This document shows positions 27,377 through 37,202 of a DNA stretch of 49,421 nucleotides, piece after piece. This stretch comes from Thermoplasmatota archaeon (GTDB lineage Archaea > Thermoplasmatota > E2 > DHVEG-1). The notes beneath the pieces were generated by a model. That model was not told where the DNA came from. It saw only the letters and a program-made list of their open reading frames with translations, and ran no database searches. The stretch is from contig JAFGPP010000117.1 of the NCBI GenBank assembly GCA_016936135.1, positions 1 to 49,421 of the forward strand. Reading direction: 5' to 3'. A program made the translations under genes and the position numbers. Position 1 is the stretch's first letter; every line of letters starts with the position of its first letter.

Positions 27377-27954
27377 AAGAAAAAACAGTTGAAGATATTG
27401 TCCTTGAAATAAAGGATAAATCCGAACTCATGCTGGACCTTGCTTATTCTTCTTTGATATATGATAATAAAACAATAGCCAAAGAAGTTTATGATCTAGA
27501 AGATTTAATTGATGACATGTATCACACCTTGCAGGAAAAAACTTTAGAAGCAGTTAGGGGCAAGGAGCTAAGTGTTAGTGATGCTCTAAGCATCCTACGG
27601 CTTGCAGAATGTGGGGAGAAAATCGCAGATGCTGGGCAAGAAATTGTTGATGTCGAACTACGAGATGTTGAATTACATCCAATCTTAAAAATGAGTATTA
27701 GGGAATCCGATGTAGTATTTACTCGCGTTCTTGTTGAACCTTCTTCAGTATTATGCAACAAAACACTTGGTGAAATTAAACTTGCAAGTGAAACAGGTAT
27801 GACAGTTATTGCAATGAGACACCAAGATACCTGGCTTTACGGACCAAATAAAAATACAAGAATTGATGCTGGGGATATTTTATTTGCTAAAGGTCCAGAA
27901 GATGGAGAAAAACATTTGATTGATTTAGCAGCTGGAAAGACTACTAAGATTTAA
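27373..27954 (+). CDS. PhoU-like plus TrkA-C (RCK_C) domain protein (paralog)
   Basis: EIKDKSELMLDLAYSS; ETGMTVIAMR..GP..GDILFAKG. Confidence 0.85.
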   Translation: MKEKTVEDIVLEIKDKSELMLDLAYSSLIYDNKTIAKEVYDLEDLIDDMYHTLQEKTLEAVRGKELSVSDALSILRLAECGEKIADAGQEIVDVELRDVELHPILKMSIRESDVVFTRVLVEPSSVLCNKTLGEIKLASETGMTVIAMRHQDTWLYGPNKNTRIDAGDILFAKGPEDGEKHLIDLAAGKTTKI

Positions 27955-28010
27955 ATTTCCTTGGAAAATTATTTCAATAATTTTTATAATATAACGATGG
28001 TTGAATCCAG

Positions 28011-28169
28011 ATGGTTCGTGGAATGGATGGAGAAAAACCGAAAAAAAAACACACCGGTTTAATGCAGGATAAAGATTACATTACCGAGGCTATGCTTCAA
28101 GGTGGCAAAGCCTATGGCAAAATAATTAAGGGATTAAGTAAGAAATCAAGTCAAAAGAAAAAGAAATAG
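28011..28169 (+). CDS. Small basic hypothetical protein (52 aa; alternative start 28023), not in ORF track
   Basis: MVRGMDGEKPKKKHTGLMQDKDYITEAMLQGGKAYGKIIKGLSKKSSQKKKK; TATA-like TTTATAAT about 25 nt upstream. Confidence 0.6.
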   Translation: MVRGMDGEKPKKKHTGLMQDKDYITEAMLQGGKAYGKIIKGLSKKSSQKKKK

Positions 28170-28195
28170 CGTAATTTATATTTGATATTATCAAA

Positions 28196-29437
28196 CTAGA
28201 AAAACTTCCAGATAAGTATTGCATCCTCTGCAGCGTTTCCTGCATTATCATAGGCAATTACTTTTAGAAAATGCATTGAAAAAGACATTTCAAACCATGT
28301 CCAAACAAACGATTCACCTGTAAAATTTTCCCTTAATTGATTATCTATGTACAATTCCAAATATGCTACACCAGATTCCTCATCTGTTGCAATAGATCCA
28401 ATTTCAATAAATCCTAAAGCTATTGGACTCAAAAACCCCATTATTTTATTGTTTCTGACATATATACCATTTTCAGGTTGAATTATTTTTACAAAGGGCG
28501 GAGTGGAATCAGGAATTTCTATTGTCACCATAGCAAGATCAGTTGCTTTATATCCCAAGCTATCGTTAACAATCAATATTGCAGTGTAAATTCCTTCATT
28601 AAGATAAGTGTGTTTCGGATTCTGAAAAGTGGATATGCCTCCATCGCAAAAATCCCAATAATATGAGTAAGGTGGTTTTCCGCCGCTAGCAGACCCGCTG
28701 AATTGAATTGGTTTATTTATTAAACCCCTATAAGGTCCATTTGCTTCTGCAGCAAGGCTTTCGGTTATATAAAAAATATTAATCAATTTGGATTTTGCAA
28801 TATTTCCACAAAAATCAATGGCCCAAAAGTGAAAAGCGTATCTGCCAACAATATCATAGGTTTGATTACAATAATAGCATTCACCATTGTTGTTTGATAA
28901 TATCGATAAGTTTTCCTTACTAAGATTAGGGTATTGAATAACGACCCGCACGTCTTTTAACCCATTATTATCCTCAGCATTCGCAGATAAATTTATGTAT
29001 CCTCCAGCTTGTTGAAGAGCAGGAGAAACTTGTTCATTAAATATCTGAGGCTTTTCTACATCACTAATTGATACATTCTTAGAAGTTTTGTCGATAAAAC
29101 CGTCATTATCTTCAATTGACAAGGTCACATTGTATATTCCACAGGTTAGATATGTGTGATTTATAATTTTTCCATCACCCCCTGTAAAATCTCCAAAATC
29201 CCAATAATATTCTATTATTACTCCGTCAGGGTCAAATGATGATGAGGCATTAAAAATCACGAATCTGCCATAGACCAAACAATTGAAGTCGGCAAATGGA
29301 GGTTCTTTATCAAATCCACAAATTAACTCAATACTTCCAGAATCACAATTTCTCAAAAGTGATAAGGAACCAGCAGGTGAAACACTAGCTGAAATTGTGA
29401 AAATAGTTATTATGGTTAGAATAATTGATTTTTTCAT
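28196..29437 (-). CDS. Secreted PKD-domain protein
   Basis: Signal peptide; FNASSSFDPDG..YYWDFGD; ANGPY..YYWDFCDG; C-terminal Ig-like domain. Confidence 0.88.
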   Translation of the reverse strand: MKKSIILTIITIFTISASVSPAGSLSLLRNCDSGSIELICGFDKEPPFADFNCLVYGRFVIFNASSSFDPDGVIIEYYWDFGDFTGGDGKIINHTYLTCGIYNVTLSIEDNDGFIDKTSKNVSISDVEKPQIFNEQVSPALQQAGGYINLSANAEDNNGLKDVRVVIQYPNLSKENLSILSNNNGECYYCNQTYDIVGRYAFHFWAIDFCGNIAKSKLINIFYITESLAAEANGPYRGLINKPIQFSGSASGGKPPYSYYWDFCDGGISTFQNPKHTYLNEGIYTAILIVNDSLGYKATDLAMVTIEIPDSTPPFVKIIQPENGIYVRNNKIMGFLSPIALGFIEIGSIATDEESGVAYLELYIDNQLRENFTGESFVWTWFEMSFSMHFLKVIAYDNAGNAAEDAILIWKFF

Positions 29438-29534
29438 ATAAAATTTCTCGCTGGTAATTTAGCAAAAGTTATACTTTTTCAGGTCTTAAAATTTATGTAT
29501 TGAAAAATATTCAAATACATACATTATAAATAAT

Positions 29535-30407
29535 TTAATCTTTCTTTATAACATGGGCACCAGATTGATCAACCTTACAAACATATACTTTGCCAAAGTT
29601 TGAAAGAACTTTAGACAATTTATCAGTATCGCCACATGCAAATAAGGAATTTCCAAGCATGCACATACTCCCGGTACCATAACCCTTGGCAACATTAATT
29701 GCCTCGTTTACACGGTTTTCTGCAAGTCCTGTTTTTTTGGTGAAGAGCTGCGACATTAAGAATAGGTTTTCTATTGTCGGATTATCAATTAACTTTTTTA
29801 TACAATATTTGCCGTACTGAGAGATATCTACTATTTTTTCACGATCAGATAGAATTTTACTAGTATCCAGTTGATCACCAATGACACATAAAACTAAATC
29901 CAATGAACCAGGAATGTGCTCTATCATTCCCCATGGGGGAAGCCCCGCTTCTTTTCTTATTTCAATTCCGCCAAAACAACTTGCTATAACATCTCCAAGT
30001 CCTGTTTTCAATTGTACTTCTGCAAAATGTGCCGCCTTCATAGCTTTCTGATTTGGTATCCCAAGTATTTTTGCAAGAGCATAACTTGCACTAACGGCAC
30101 TTGCAGCACTCATACCAAAACCCTGACCTATTGGTAAATCAAGATTCGTATGAACAGTTACATGAAGAGGTTGAACCCCTATTAGATAATTGAATGCTAA
30201 TCGAACTACTGGCGAATCACAATTTTTATTATTAATAAAAAAATCAAAGATCTGAACTTCTGAATCTTTAAACTCAACTTCCGAAACGGCACCTAACGAA
30301 AGATTGATACCCGCCCCCCGGGAACCTGTCTTTTCCATATCATATTCATTATAAACAGGTTCGAAGAATCCTGAAATGTGTCCTGGTGCAAATGCCAAAG
30401 CCTTCAG
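29535..30407 (-). CDS. Pantoate kinase (GHMP family)
   Basis: AFAPGHISGFF, GSRGAG, PIGQGFGMSAA, TGLGDV, SMCMLGNS; directly after coaBC; start probably CTG at 30407 (track TTG at 30398). Confidence 0.9.
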   Translation of the reverse strand: MKALAFAPGHISGFFEPVYNEYDMEKTGSRGAGINLSLGAVSEVEFKDSEVQIFDFFINNKNCDSPVVRLAFNYLIGVQPLHVTVHTNLDLPIGQGFGMSAASAVSASYALAKILGIPNQKAMKAAHFAEVQLKTGLGDVIASCFGGIEIRKEAGLPPWGMIEHIPGSLDLVLCVIGDQLDTSKILSDREKIVDISQYGKYCIKKLIDNPTIENLFLMSQLFTKKTGLAENRVNEAINVAKGYGTGSMCMLGNSLFACGDTDKLSKVLSNFGKVYVCKVDQSGAHVIKKD

Positions 30408-30413
30408 TGATAA

Positions 30414-31616
30414 TCACCCCTTTAAAATCGTATCAAATATTTGGTCTGCGATTTCTAACTTGCTGCCTTTTTTGTTTAATGTCTTGTATTTCTTATCCAT
30501 TAACCATATTTCGGTTTCATCTTTATTTAATGCAGATATTATATTTCCAACAACAAAATCAATAGAGTATCTATCAATTAATTCTTCCATACTTTTTTTA
30601 AGACTTTCACTGCTTTCCTCCAGCTTGAAACCAACAATAGTAGCTTTTGGTGCAAGCTTTCTCAAAATAGTCATTATTTTTTTTGTAGGTTTTAGTTCAA
30701 TTATAAGTTTTTCACGTTTTGAAGATATCTTTCCATTGATTTTATCAGGTTTATAATCTGCTAATGCTGCGCACAATACTATAATATTAAACTTAGTTAA
30801 TGAAGTTGTTTCAAGCAGTTCAATCAATTCATCTAAGGTGGAAAATCTTGAATAATTTAGAAATTCAGGAACGGGTTCAGAACTACATCCATACCATAAT
30901 TCAACCTTTGCTCCTCTAAGAAATGAACTCATGGCTAGTGAAATGGCTGTTTTTCCTGAACTTTGATTTGAAATTGCTCTGACATCGTCAATTGGTTCGA
31001 TAGAAGATCCGCCTATTATCAGCACATTTTTGTTTTTTAAATCAGACACACCAATAAGTCTGATTACGTTTGTAACAATTTCTTTTATACTTGGAAGCTT
31101 AGCTTTATTGCGCTCAATCTTTGGATCAATAAAATTTATACCGATTTTTTTGCATTTTTCAATATTTTCCTGAACGAATTTGTGATTATACATAGATAAA
31201 TGCATTGCAGGTACAATTATTATGGGAATTTTTGACCCTATTGCAGTTGATGCAAAAGTTGTAACAGCAGTGTCATCAATTCCATAGGAGATTTTTGAAA
31301 TTGTATTTGCAGTACAAGGTGAAATCAAAAAAAGATCTGCTTTATCGGAAACTCGGCCGCACATCTCAACGTGTTGGGTTTCACCAGTTAAACTAATAAT
31401 TGGTTCAACCCCAGTTGCAAACCATAATGCATCTGGATGAATAATTCTTGTAGCAGCCGGGGTCATTACCGGATAAACTCTTGAACCATGTCTAATTAGT
31501 TCCCGAGCCAATTTTACTGTTTCAACAGCCGCAATACTTCCCGTAACACCCAGAACGATTTTCTTGTCTTGCAGTTTTTTACTTTTTTCACCACGAATCT
31601 CGTCTGCTGGATGCAT
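30414..31616 (-). CDS. coaBC: Phosphopantothenoylcysteine decarboxylase/synthetase
   Basis: GVTGSIAA, PCTANT, PAMH, EPIDDVR.ISNQSSGKT, VGFKLE. Confidence 0.95.
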   Translation of the reverse strand: MHPADEIRGEKSKKLQDKKIVLGVTGSIAAVETVKLARELIRHGSRVYPVMTPAATRIIHPDALWFATGVEPIISLTGETQHVEMCGRVSDKADLFLISPCTANTISKISYGIDDTAVTTFASTAIGSKIPIIIVPAMHLSMYNHKFVQENIEKCKKIGINFIDPKIERNKAKLPSIKEIVTNVIRLIGVSDLKNKNVLIIGGSSIEPIDDVRAISNQSSGKTAISLAMSSFLRGAKVELWYGCSSEPVPEFLNYSRFSTLDELIELLETTSLTKFNIIVLCAALADYKPDKINGKISSKREKLIIELKPTKKIMTILRKLAPKATIVGFKLEESSESLKKSMEELIDRYSIDFVVGNIISALNKDETEIWLMDKKYKTLNKKGSKLEIADQIFDTILKG

Positions 31617-31637
31617 TCACATCACAAAATACAAAAA

Positions 31638-32078
31638 TTATCTTACAACCATAACAGATCGATTGGCATGCCTGACCACTTTGTCTGTTACACTGCCAAG
31701 CAAAAACCTTCCTTCTTTCCCATACCCCTTGTAACCAATAATAATTACATCAACGCCATGTTTTTTTCCAGCTAAAAGAATTTCATCAGCAGGATCTCCT
31801 GATTCAACTGCAACTTCAGTCTTTTTAACACGGCCTTCGGCAGTTTTTGCCACTTTTCTTAATGTTTCCGCAGCTTTTTCTTTAAAACTACCGGATTTCA
31901 CAATTGAACTGAGATCAATTGTTGGCAGCAACATTTTTGTAAAAGAAGATTCTGCCAGTTCTGCTGGTATTACAGTAAGAAAAACCATTTCATCTTCCTT
32001 TTTTGAACAATTAATAGCTACTTCCACAGCTTTTTTTGATGCATCTGAACCGTCATAGGCAACAAGTATTTTTTTCAT
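31638..32078 (-). CDS. Universal stress protein
   Basis: KKILVAYDGS, GDPADEI, LLGSVTDKVVRHA. Confidence 0.95.
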   Translation of the reverse strand: MKKILVAYDGSDASKKAVEVAINCSKKEDEMVFLTVIPAELAESSFTKMLLPTIDLSSIVKSGSFKEKAAETLRKVAKTAEGRVKKTEVAVESGDPADEILLAGKKHGVDVIIIGYKGYGKEGRFLLGSVTDKVVRHANRSVMVVR

Positions 32079-32131
32079 ACTAAATCGGAATGGAATAATA
32101 ATATCATATTATAAAATGTTTCTAATGAGAA

Positions 32132-32650
32132 TCATCGACAAAGATAGCAAATAAAATCCGACAAGGGCATTCCATTTTCCCATCTCATCACATAATTACC
32201 GTTTTTACTAGATTCAAGTTTAGGTATTCGCCTGTGAAGTACCTTTAATCTTCCTTCTAGACCATCAATATCAAGCGAAAATATTTTCCATGAATCGCCT
32301 CTGTGGTTTTTCAATCTAAAAGCGTAAATAGGTAGAGTTTTTGTTTTCTCACATAACTTAGCCATAACATCTGCCTGCTGCTGGAGTTTTCCGCCAATGC
32401 TGCTGAAATGAAGGGTATCTCCAACACTTGTCTTAATTTCCATTAAAAAGGAAACATCGCCTCTGACAGCCACAAGGTCAACACCAAGGGATCCAGCAGC
32501 CCTTATTACAGCAAAGGGTTTTTGAAAAATTTGTTCGTAATTATTTTTTTCCAATGCTGAGCAAGTTTTCGTAATTCTTACAAGTGTTTTTTCTTCTCCT
32601 TCCAAAATATTTTTTAATTCTCTTTCGTACTGACTACCACCCATATACAT
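32132..32650 (-). CDS. hjc: Archaeal Holliday junction resolvase (Hjc-like PD-(D/E)XK nuclease)
   Basis: GSQYEREL, VIRAAGS, VDLVA, EIK. Confidence 0.78.
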   Translation of the reverse strand: MYMGGSQYERELKNILEGEEKTLVRITKTCSALEKNNYEQIFQKPFAVIRAAGSLGVDLVAVRGDVSFLMEIKTSVGDTLHFSSIGGKLQQQADVMAKLCEKTKTLPIYAFRLKNHRGDSWKIFSLDIDGLEGRLKVLHRRIPKLESSKNGNYVMRWENGMPLSDFICYLCR

Positions 32651-32733
32651 TACCTATATAACAATCGAAAGGTTTTAATGTTTAGGATAAATTGTTAATG
32701 TATAAAAGTTGTTAAAGATTTGGAGTAAAATTA

Positions 32734-33288
32734 ATGAGCCGAGGTAGTTTCCTAGTTAGAGAAGCAATGAAAATGAATCCTGTTACAGTTGGACCAGAGG
32801 CAACTGTAATGCATGCAGCTCAAAGGATGAAAGAAAAAAAAATCGGAAACTGTATTGTAGTTGATAAAAAACCAATCGGTATTATAACCGAAAGCGACAT
32901 ACTAAAAAAGGTTGTGGCCTTGGATTTGAAAGCTAGCGAGGTAAAGGTCAAGGACATCATGACCAGCCCAATTATCATTACTGATCCAAATATCTATTTG
33001 GAAGAGGCAATTAAAATGATGGGGAAATGCAACATAAGAAGATTGCCCGTAGTGGAAAACGGTCAGCTTATTGGCATTTTAACCCAAAGAGATGTTTCAA
33101 GAATGTCGCCTGTCATGCATGAAATATCTCGAGAATGGTACAATATTTCACGAAAGGACGAAGCATTCTTACGCTCACAAGTTTTTTCTGGAAAGTGTGA
33201 GGATTGCGGCGCACTTTCCACAAACCTAAGAACCATAGAAGGAAGGCTAATCTGTGAGGACTGTATTGACGCCTTGAAATATGAGTAG
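32734..33288 (+). CDS. CBS-pair protein with C-terminal Zn ribbon
   Basis: Two CBS repeats; CEDC...CEDC. Confidence 0.9.
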   Translation: MSRGSFLVREAMKMNPVTVGPEATVMHAAQRMKEKKIGNCIVVDKKPIGIITESDILKKVVALDLKASEVKVKDIMTSPIIITDPNIYLEEAIKMMGKCNIRRLPVVENGQLIGILTQRDVSRMSPVMHEISREWYNISRKDEAFLRSQVFSGKCEDCGALSTNLRTIEGRLICEDCIDALKYE

Positions 33289-33323
33289 TGGTTAGAATAT
33301 CAGTTTGAGGAGATTATGATAAA

Positions 33324-34097
33324 ATGAAAGTTGAAGAGGTAATGACAAAGGAAATAATTTCTGTCGACAAAGACGTTGAGTTGGAATTAGTTCTCAAATT
33401 AATGAAAAAACATGATATAACAAAGATACCTGTTCTTGAAGAAAAAAAGTTAATCGGAATTGTAACTGACAATTTAATTGCCTACAAATTGGGCGCAATA
33501 AGAACACGTGGTGTTCCTGCCTCAAGATTGCACGCATCATCAGTTACCGAAAAGGATGTTGTAGTGATTTCACCAGATACGGATATCGACGATGTTCTTA
33601 AGGAGGTTGGAGAACCTGGACTTACCATGCTTCCGGTTGTTGAAAAAGATAAATTAGTAGGGGTTCTGACAAAGGCGGATTTGTTGCCTCTAGTAAAAAG
33701 TAAGAAAAAAATTAAGGAAATCATGCACAAGAGATTAGTTGCTGTATCTCCCACTGATAGGGTAATTCATGCCCGTCGACAAATGATAAACGAAAAAGTA
33801 GCAAGACTTCCTGTACTTAATCAAGGGAAACTTGTTGGTATGATTTCAGATACCGAAATTGCTTTTGCCCTTGCAGAATTAAAATCCCTTCCGTTGGGCA
33901 GACAGAAACGTAGGCTTGATGAGTTGATCGTTTCAGATGTAATGAAAACCCTAGTTGTTTGGACAGAAGGGGGAATATCCGTTGAGGAAGCTGCAAAAAT
34001 AATGCTAAAACACAACATAGGTGCACTTCCAATCCTGGAAGATGAAAAAATAGTTGGATTGGTTACAAGAACTGACCTAATACGAACAATAAATTGA
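33324..34097 (+). CDS. Four-CBS-domain protein
   Basis: Repeated (I/L)PV...LVG motifs. Confidence 0.92.
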   Translation: MKVEEVMTKEIISVDKDVELELVLKLMKKHDITKIPVLEEKKLIGIVTDNLIAYKLGAIRTRGVPASRLHASSVTEKDVVVISPDTDIDDVLKEVGEPGLTMLPVVEKDKLVGVLTKADLLPLVKSKKKIKEIMHKRLVAVSPTDRVIHARRQMINEKVARLPVLNQGKLVGMISDTEIAFALAELKSLPLGRQKRRLDELIVSDVMKTLVVWTEGGISVEEAAKIMLKHNIGALPILEDEKIVGLVTRTDLIRTIN

Positions 34098-34132
34098 GAG
34101 AATTTAAGTAATGAATAATATTTTGGTATGCG

Positions 34133-34528
34133 ATGAGTTACCATATACCATCTGATGAACAAATCGAAAAAGCTTTAGTTAAAGTCTTGAATAAGTTTCA
34201 TACAGTTCAATCGCAATCAAAGTTGAAACAATTGATCAACAAATCTCTGGACACCAAAAAAAATAGATATGGTGTAACTGGTGAAAGAATTAGAAAGGTT
34301 GCAATTAATTCAGATTTTATAAGATTGGAAATTCATTCTCGTGAGGGAGATCCTAAAAAATTGCTGACCAAATGCCCCGTGTGTGAAGGGCAGTTAAAAA
34401 AAGTAAAAAATCTAACAATCTGGGGCGGTGAAGTTACAATTGAATTTAGATGCTCAACCTGTGGATACTGGACAGGAAAAAAGAAAAGAGTTCCAACTCG
34501 ATATGTTTTTTATCTTAAAAAGAAATGA
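34133..34528 (+). CDS. Basic hypothetical protein with Zn ribbon
   Basis: CPVC...CSTCGY; Lys-rich. Confidence 0.75.
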   Translation: MSYHIPSDEQIEKALVKVLNKFHTVQSQSKLKQLINKSLDTKKNRYGVTGERIRKVAINSDFIRLEIHSREGDPKKLLTKCPVCEGQLKKVKNLTIWGGEVTIEFRCSTCGYWTGKKKRVPTRYVFYLKKK

Positions 34529-34616
34529 TTTATTTTTTTTAATTAAAGACATCATAAAAATAATTTCTACAATAAAAGATTTATATAATCTCTTTTACAT
34601 ATATTAAAAGGTAAGT

Positions 34617-37196
34617 ATGAACTTTAAAAGAAAATTTGTTTGTTTGACAAGTGTATTTCTGATAATCTCTTGTCCATTTTCATCTTTCTCAATTGCTAGT
34701 CCCATTGATACTGCATATATAAAAGATAGTTCTTTTGATGATATTCAAGGAGCACACCGATACAATGTTCAGGGATGGGTATACGTTTACATCGAAGGAG
34801 ATCCATATGAGAGGGGATATCAATACGGAAAATTAGCCCCAAACGAAATTGTAGATTTAATGAATCGCTGGAGCAATATGATTCATAATCATCCAATATT
34901 AAAACCTCTAAATGGTATTTTATCTAAAGACAACTATCAGAAAATATCTGATATATGGTGGAATTTTTGTAAAAAGAATATTGTTGAAATATACTGGGAT
35001 AAATTTCCTGAAGAATACCAAAATGAAATAAAAGGAATTGCAGCCGGTGTTAACAGTGAAGATGGTAAATTTCATGGGCGAAGCATAGATTACCAGGATG
35101 TCTTGGTCTCAAATATGATGTATGAATTTTTATCAAAATTAACTTATCATCGATTAGCAAAGGGCTTTCATCCCTTGCTTACACTTTTTAAATATTTACA
35201 GGAAGAAATATCTTCTCTAAAAAATATCTCGCCCCTAACTTTTATTTTGGACTTTGTTGACCAACCCATTCATCATAAATGTAATGGATTTATTGCAACG
35301 GGTGATGCAACAACCAATGGTCAAATCGTAATGTCAAATTCAATGTGGAGTACTGGCAATGGTGTCGGTGCATGGTGGTGGTCATACTACATAACTTTTC
35401 GATGGAACATTGTACTTGATGTAAATCCTTCCACAGGCCATAGATTTCAGATGGCTACAGCCCCAGGATATATATGGAGTGACCACGATTATTATCAAAA
35501 CCAGGAAGGAATACTATTTTTGGAAACTACCAATCAACAAGGCATATGGGACAACATCGGCCGACCACTGGCTGTAAGGGCCAGACTTGCCGTCCAATAC
35601 AGCGAAAATATTGACGATGTTATGTATTATCTAAAGTACCTCAACGATGGTTGCATGAATGCAGTATGGCTAATAGGAGATACAAAAACAGGGGAAATTG
35701 CTAGGTTTGAGCTTGGTTATAGAAATTCTTGGTGCAATAGAACATTTAACGGTTTCCATTGGTCAGCAAATAACCCGATGGATTTCAAAGTTAGACTTGA
35801 AAAAATTCATTTCAGAGATATTATAATCGATGCTCTAAGTTATTATCTATTCCATAAAGGTACACGTGTTTACAGTTTTCCAAAATATCGGCCTTCCAAT
35901 AGAGACAGGGCATTTGAAGAATTGGGAAATAAGTACTATGGAGAAATCGACATTGATATTGTAAAACAAATAATGTCTACAAAACCAATGTCTCCCTGGT
36001 CACCTGATTGTAAACTTTCTGACACTAATCTTGTTAACGAAAACGGATTGTGGGTTCTAATAGGCAACCCAGAGGGAAAGGTAATGCAGTTTGAAAACTT
36101 GGATTACCCAAAGATTTCTGTTGAAAATGTTCCCCCTGCTGGATGGTTAAGAATATTCGGATTGCCAACCAACTGTAAACAAATTTTGAAAACAACGCAT
36201 GAAGAACTGGGGATAAATCCGGTTATCCAGTGGACTTATGCAACCTCATCCGACAATAACGAATTCTATTCGTCCTCTTTAATAGACAACAATATTATTT
36301 ACGTTACAACATCGCCAGGTGAACTTCTGGCTCTTAATCTTGATGACGGTTCTTTAATTATGAATATTTCACTCAGCAAGAATCCCACAGTTCCGGTAAT
36401 TTCTGAAGATAAATTATTTTTAGGAACATCAACTGGTTTGACAATTTTAGATCTAAACTGGATGACTAAGGGAGAAAAAACAATTGGTAAGATTTGCTCA
36501 AAGGCAATTGTTTCAGAAGGAAAAGTAATAGTTGGAAACGAGAATGGAGAATTATTTGCATTCGACATTGACACGGGAAATATTTTATGGCAATCAAATT
36601 TTCCTTTTGAAATATATATATCAGAGCCTTGGAATTCTTATATATTTGTCTGCTCTGGGAAAAATTGCTATAAAGTAAATATTGAAACAGGTATTACGGA
36701 ATGGTTATTTGAAACGGGTGGAATGGTCACCTCTTGCCCACAGGTATTCAACGATAATGTTTACTTTGGGTCATGGGATTCACATCTTTACAAAATAAGT
36801 GCAGAAAGCGGAATACTCAAATGGAAATACGAAACCGGGTGGGGGATTGAAACTACACCTGTTGTTGACAATGGCAATGTATTTTTTGGATCGCACGACA
36901 ATAATTTTTATTCAATATACGACAATAATGGAAGTCTTTGCTGGATTTTTTCATGTTTTTCCGCAATTCAATCTTCACCAGCGGTAAGTGATGACAATGT
37001 AATATTTGGATGTGATGATGGAGGAGTATACTGTCTTAATAAATCAAACAGTGATTTAAAATGGGCGTTTTTTCCTGGCTACAGAATGCAAGGCACAAAA
37101 AATTATCTCACCACTCCTATTATCTCAGATCCTATTGTTAAAGATAATGTTGTCTACATTGGGTCCATAGGAAATATCTATTCAATTTTCGTTTAA
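34617..37196 (+). CDS. Secreted Ntn-hydrolase (C45/phospholipase B-like) fused to PQQ-type beta-propeller
   Basis: Signal peptide; GDPYERGYQYG, EIKGIAAG, KCNGFIATG nucleophile Cys; repeated (S/T)P.V....V.FG..D...Y propeller motifs. Confidence 0.85.
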   Translation: MNFKRKFVCLTSVFLIISCPFSSFSIASPIDTAYIKDSSFDDIQGAHRYNVQGWVYVYIEGDPYERGYQYGKLAPNEIVDLMNRWSNMIHNHPILKPLNGILSKDNYQKISDIWWNFCKKNIVEIYWDKFPEEYQNEIKGIAAGVNSEDGKFHGRSIDYQDVLVSNMMYEFLSKLTYHRLAKGFHPLLTLFKYLQEEISSLKNISPLTFILDFVDQPIHHKCNGFIATGDATTNGQIVMSNSMWSTGNGVGAWWWSYYITFRWNIVLDVNPSTGHRFQMATAPGYIWSDHDYYQNQEGILFLETTNQQGIWDNIGRPLAVRARLAVQYSENIDDVMYYLKYLNDGCMNAVWLIGDTKTGEIARFELGYRNSWCNRTFNGFHWSANNPMDFKVRLEKIHFRDIIIDALSYYLFHKGTRVYSFPKYRPSNRDRAFEELGNKYYGEIDIDIVKQIMSTKPMSPWSPDCKLSDTNLVNENGLWVLIGNPEGKVMQFENLDYPKISVENVPPAGWLRIFGLPTNCKQILKTTHEELGINPVIQWTYATSSDNNEFYSSSLIDNNIIYVTTSPGELLALNLDDGSLIMNISLSKNPTVPVISEDKLFLGTSTGLTILDLNWMTKGEKTIGKICSKAIVSEGKVIVGNENGELFAFDIDTGNILWQSNFPFEIYISEPWNSYIFVCSGKNCYKVNIETGITEWLFETGGMVTSCPQVFNDNVYFGSWDSHLYKISAESGILKWKYETGWGIETTPVVDNGNVFFGSHDNNFYSIYDNNGSLCWIFSCFSAIQSSPAVSDDNVIFGCDDGGVYCLNKSNSDLKWAFFPGYRMQGTKNYLTTPIISDPIVKDNVVYIGSIGNIYSIFV

Positions 37197-37202
37197 ATTC
37201 AT

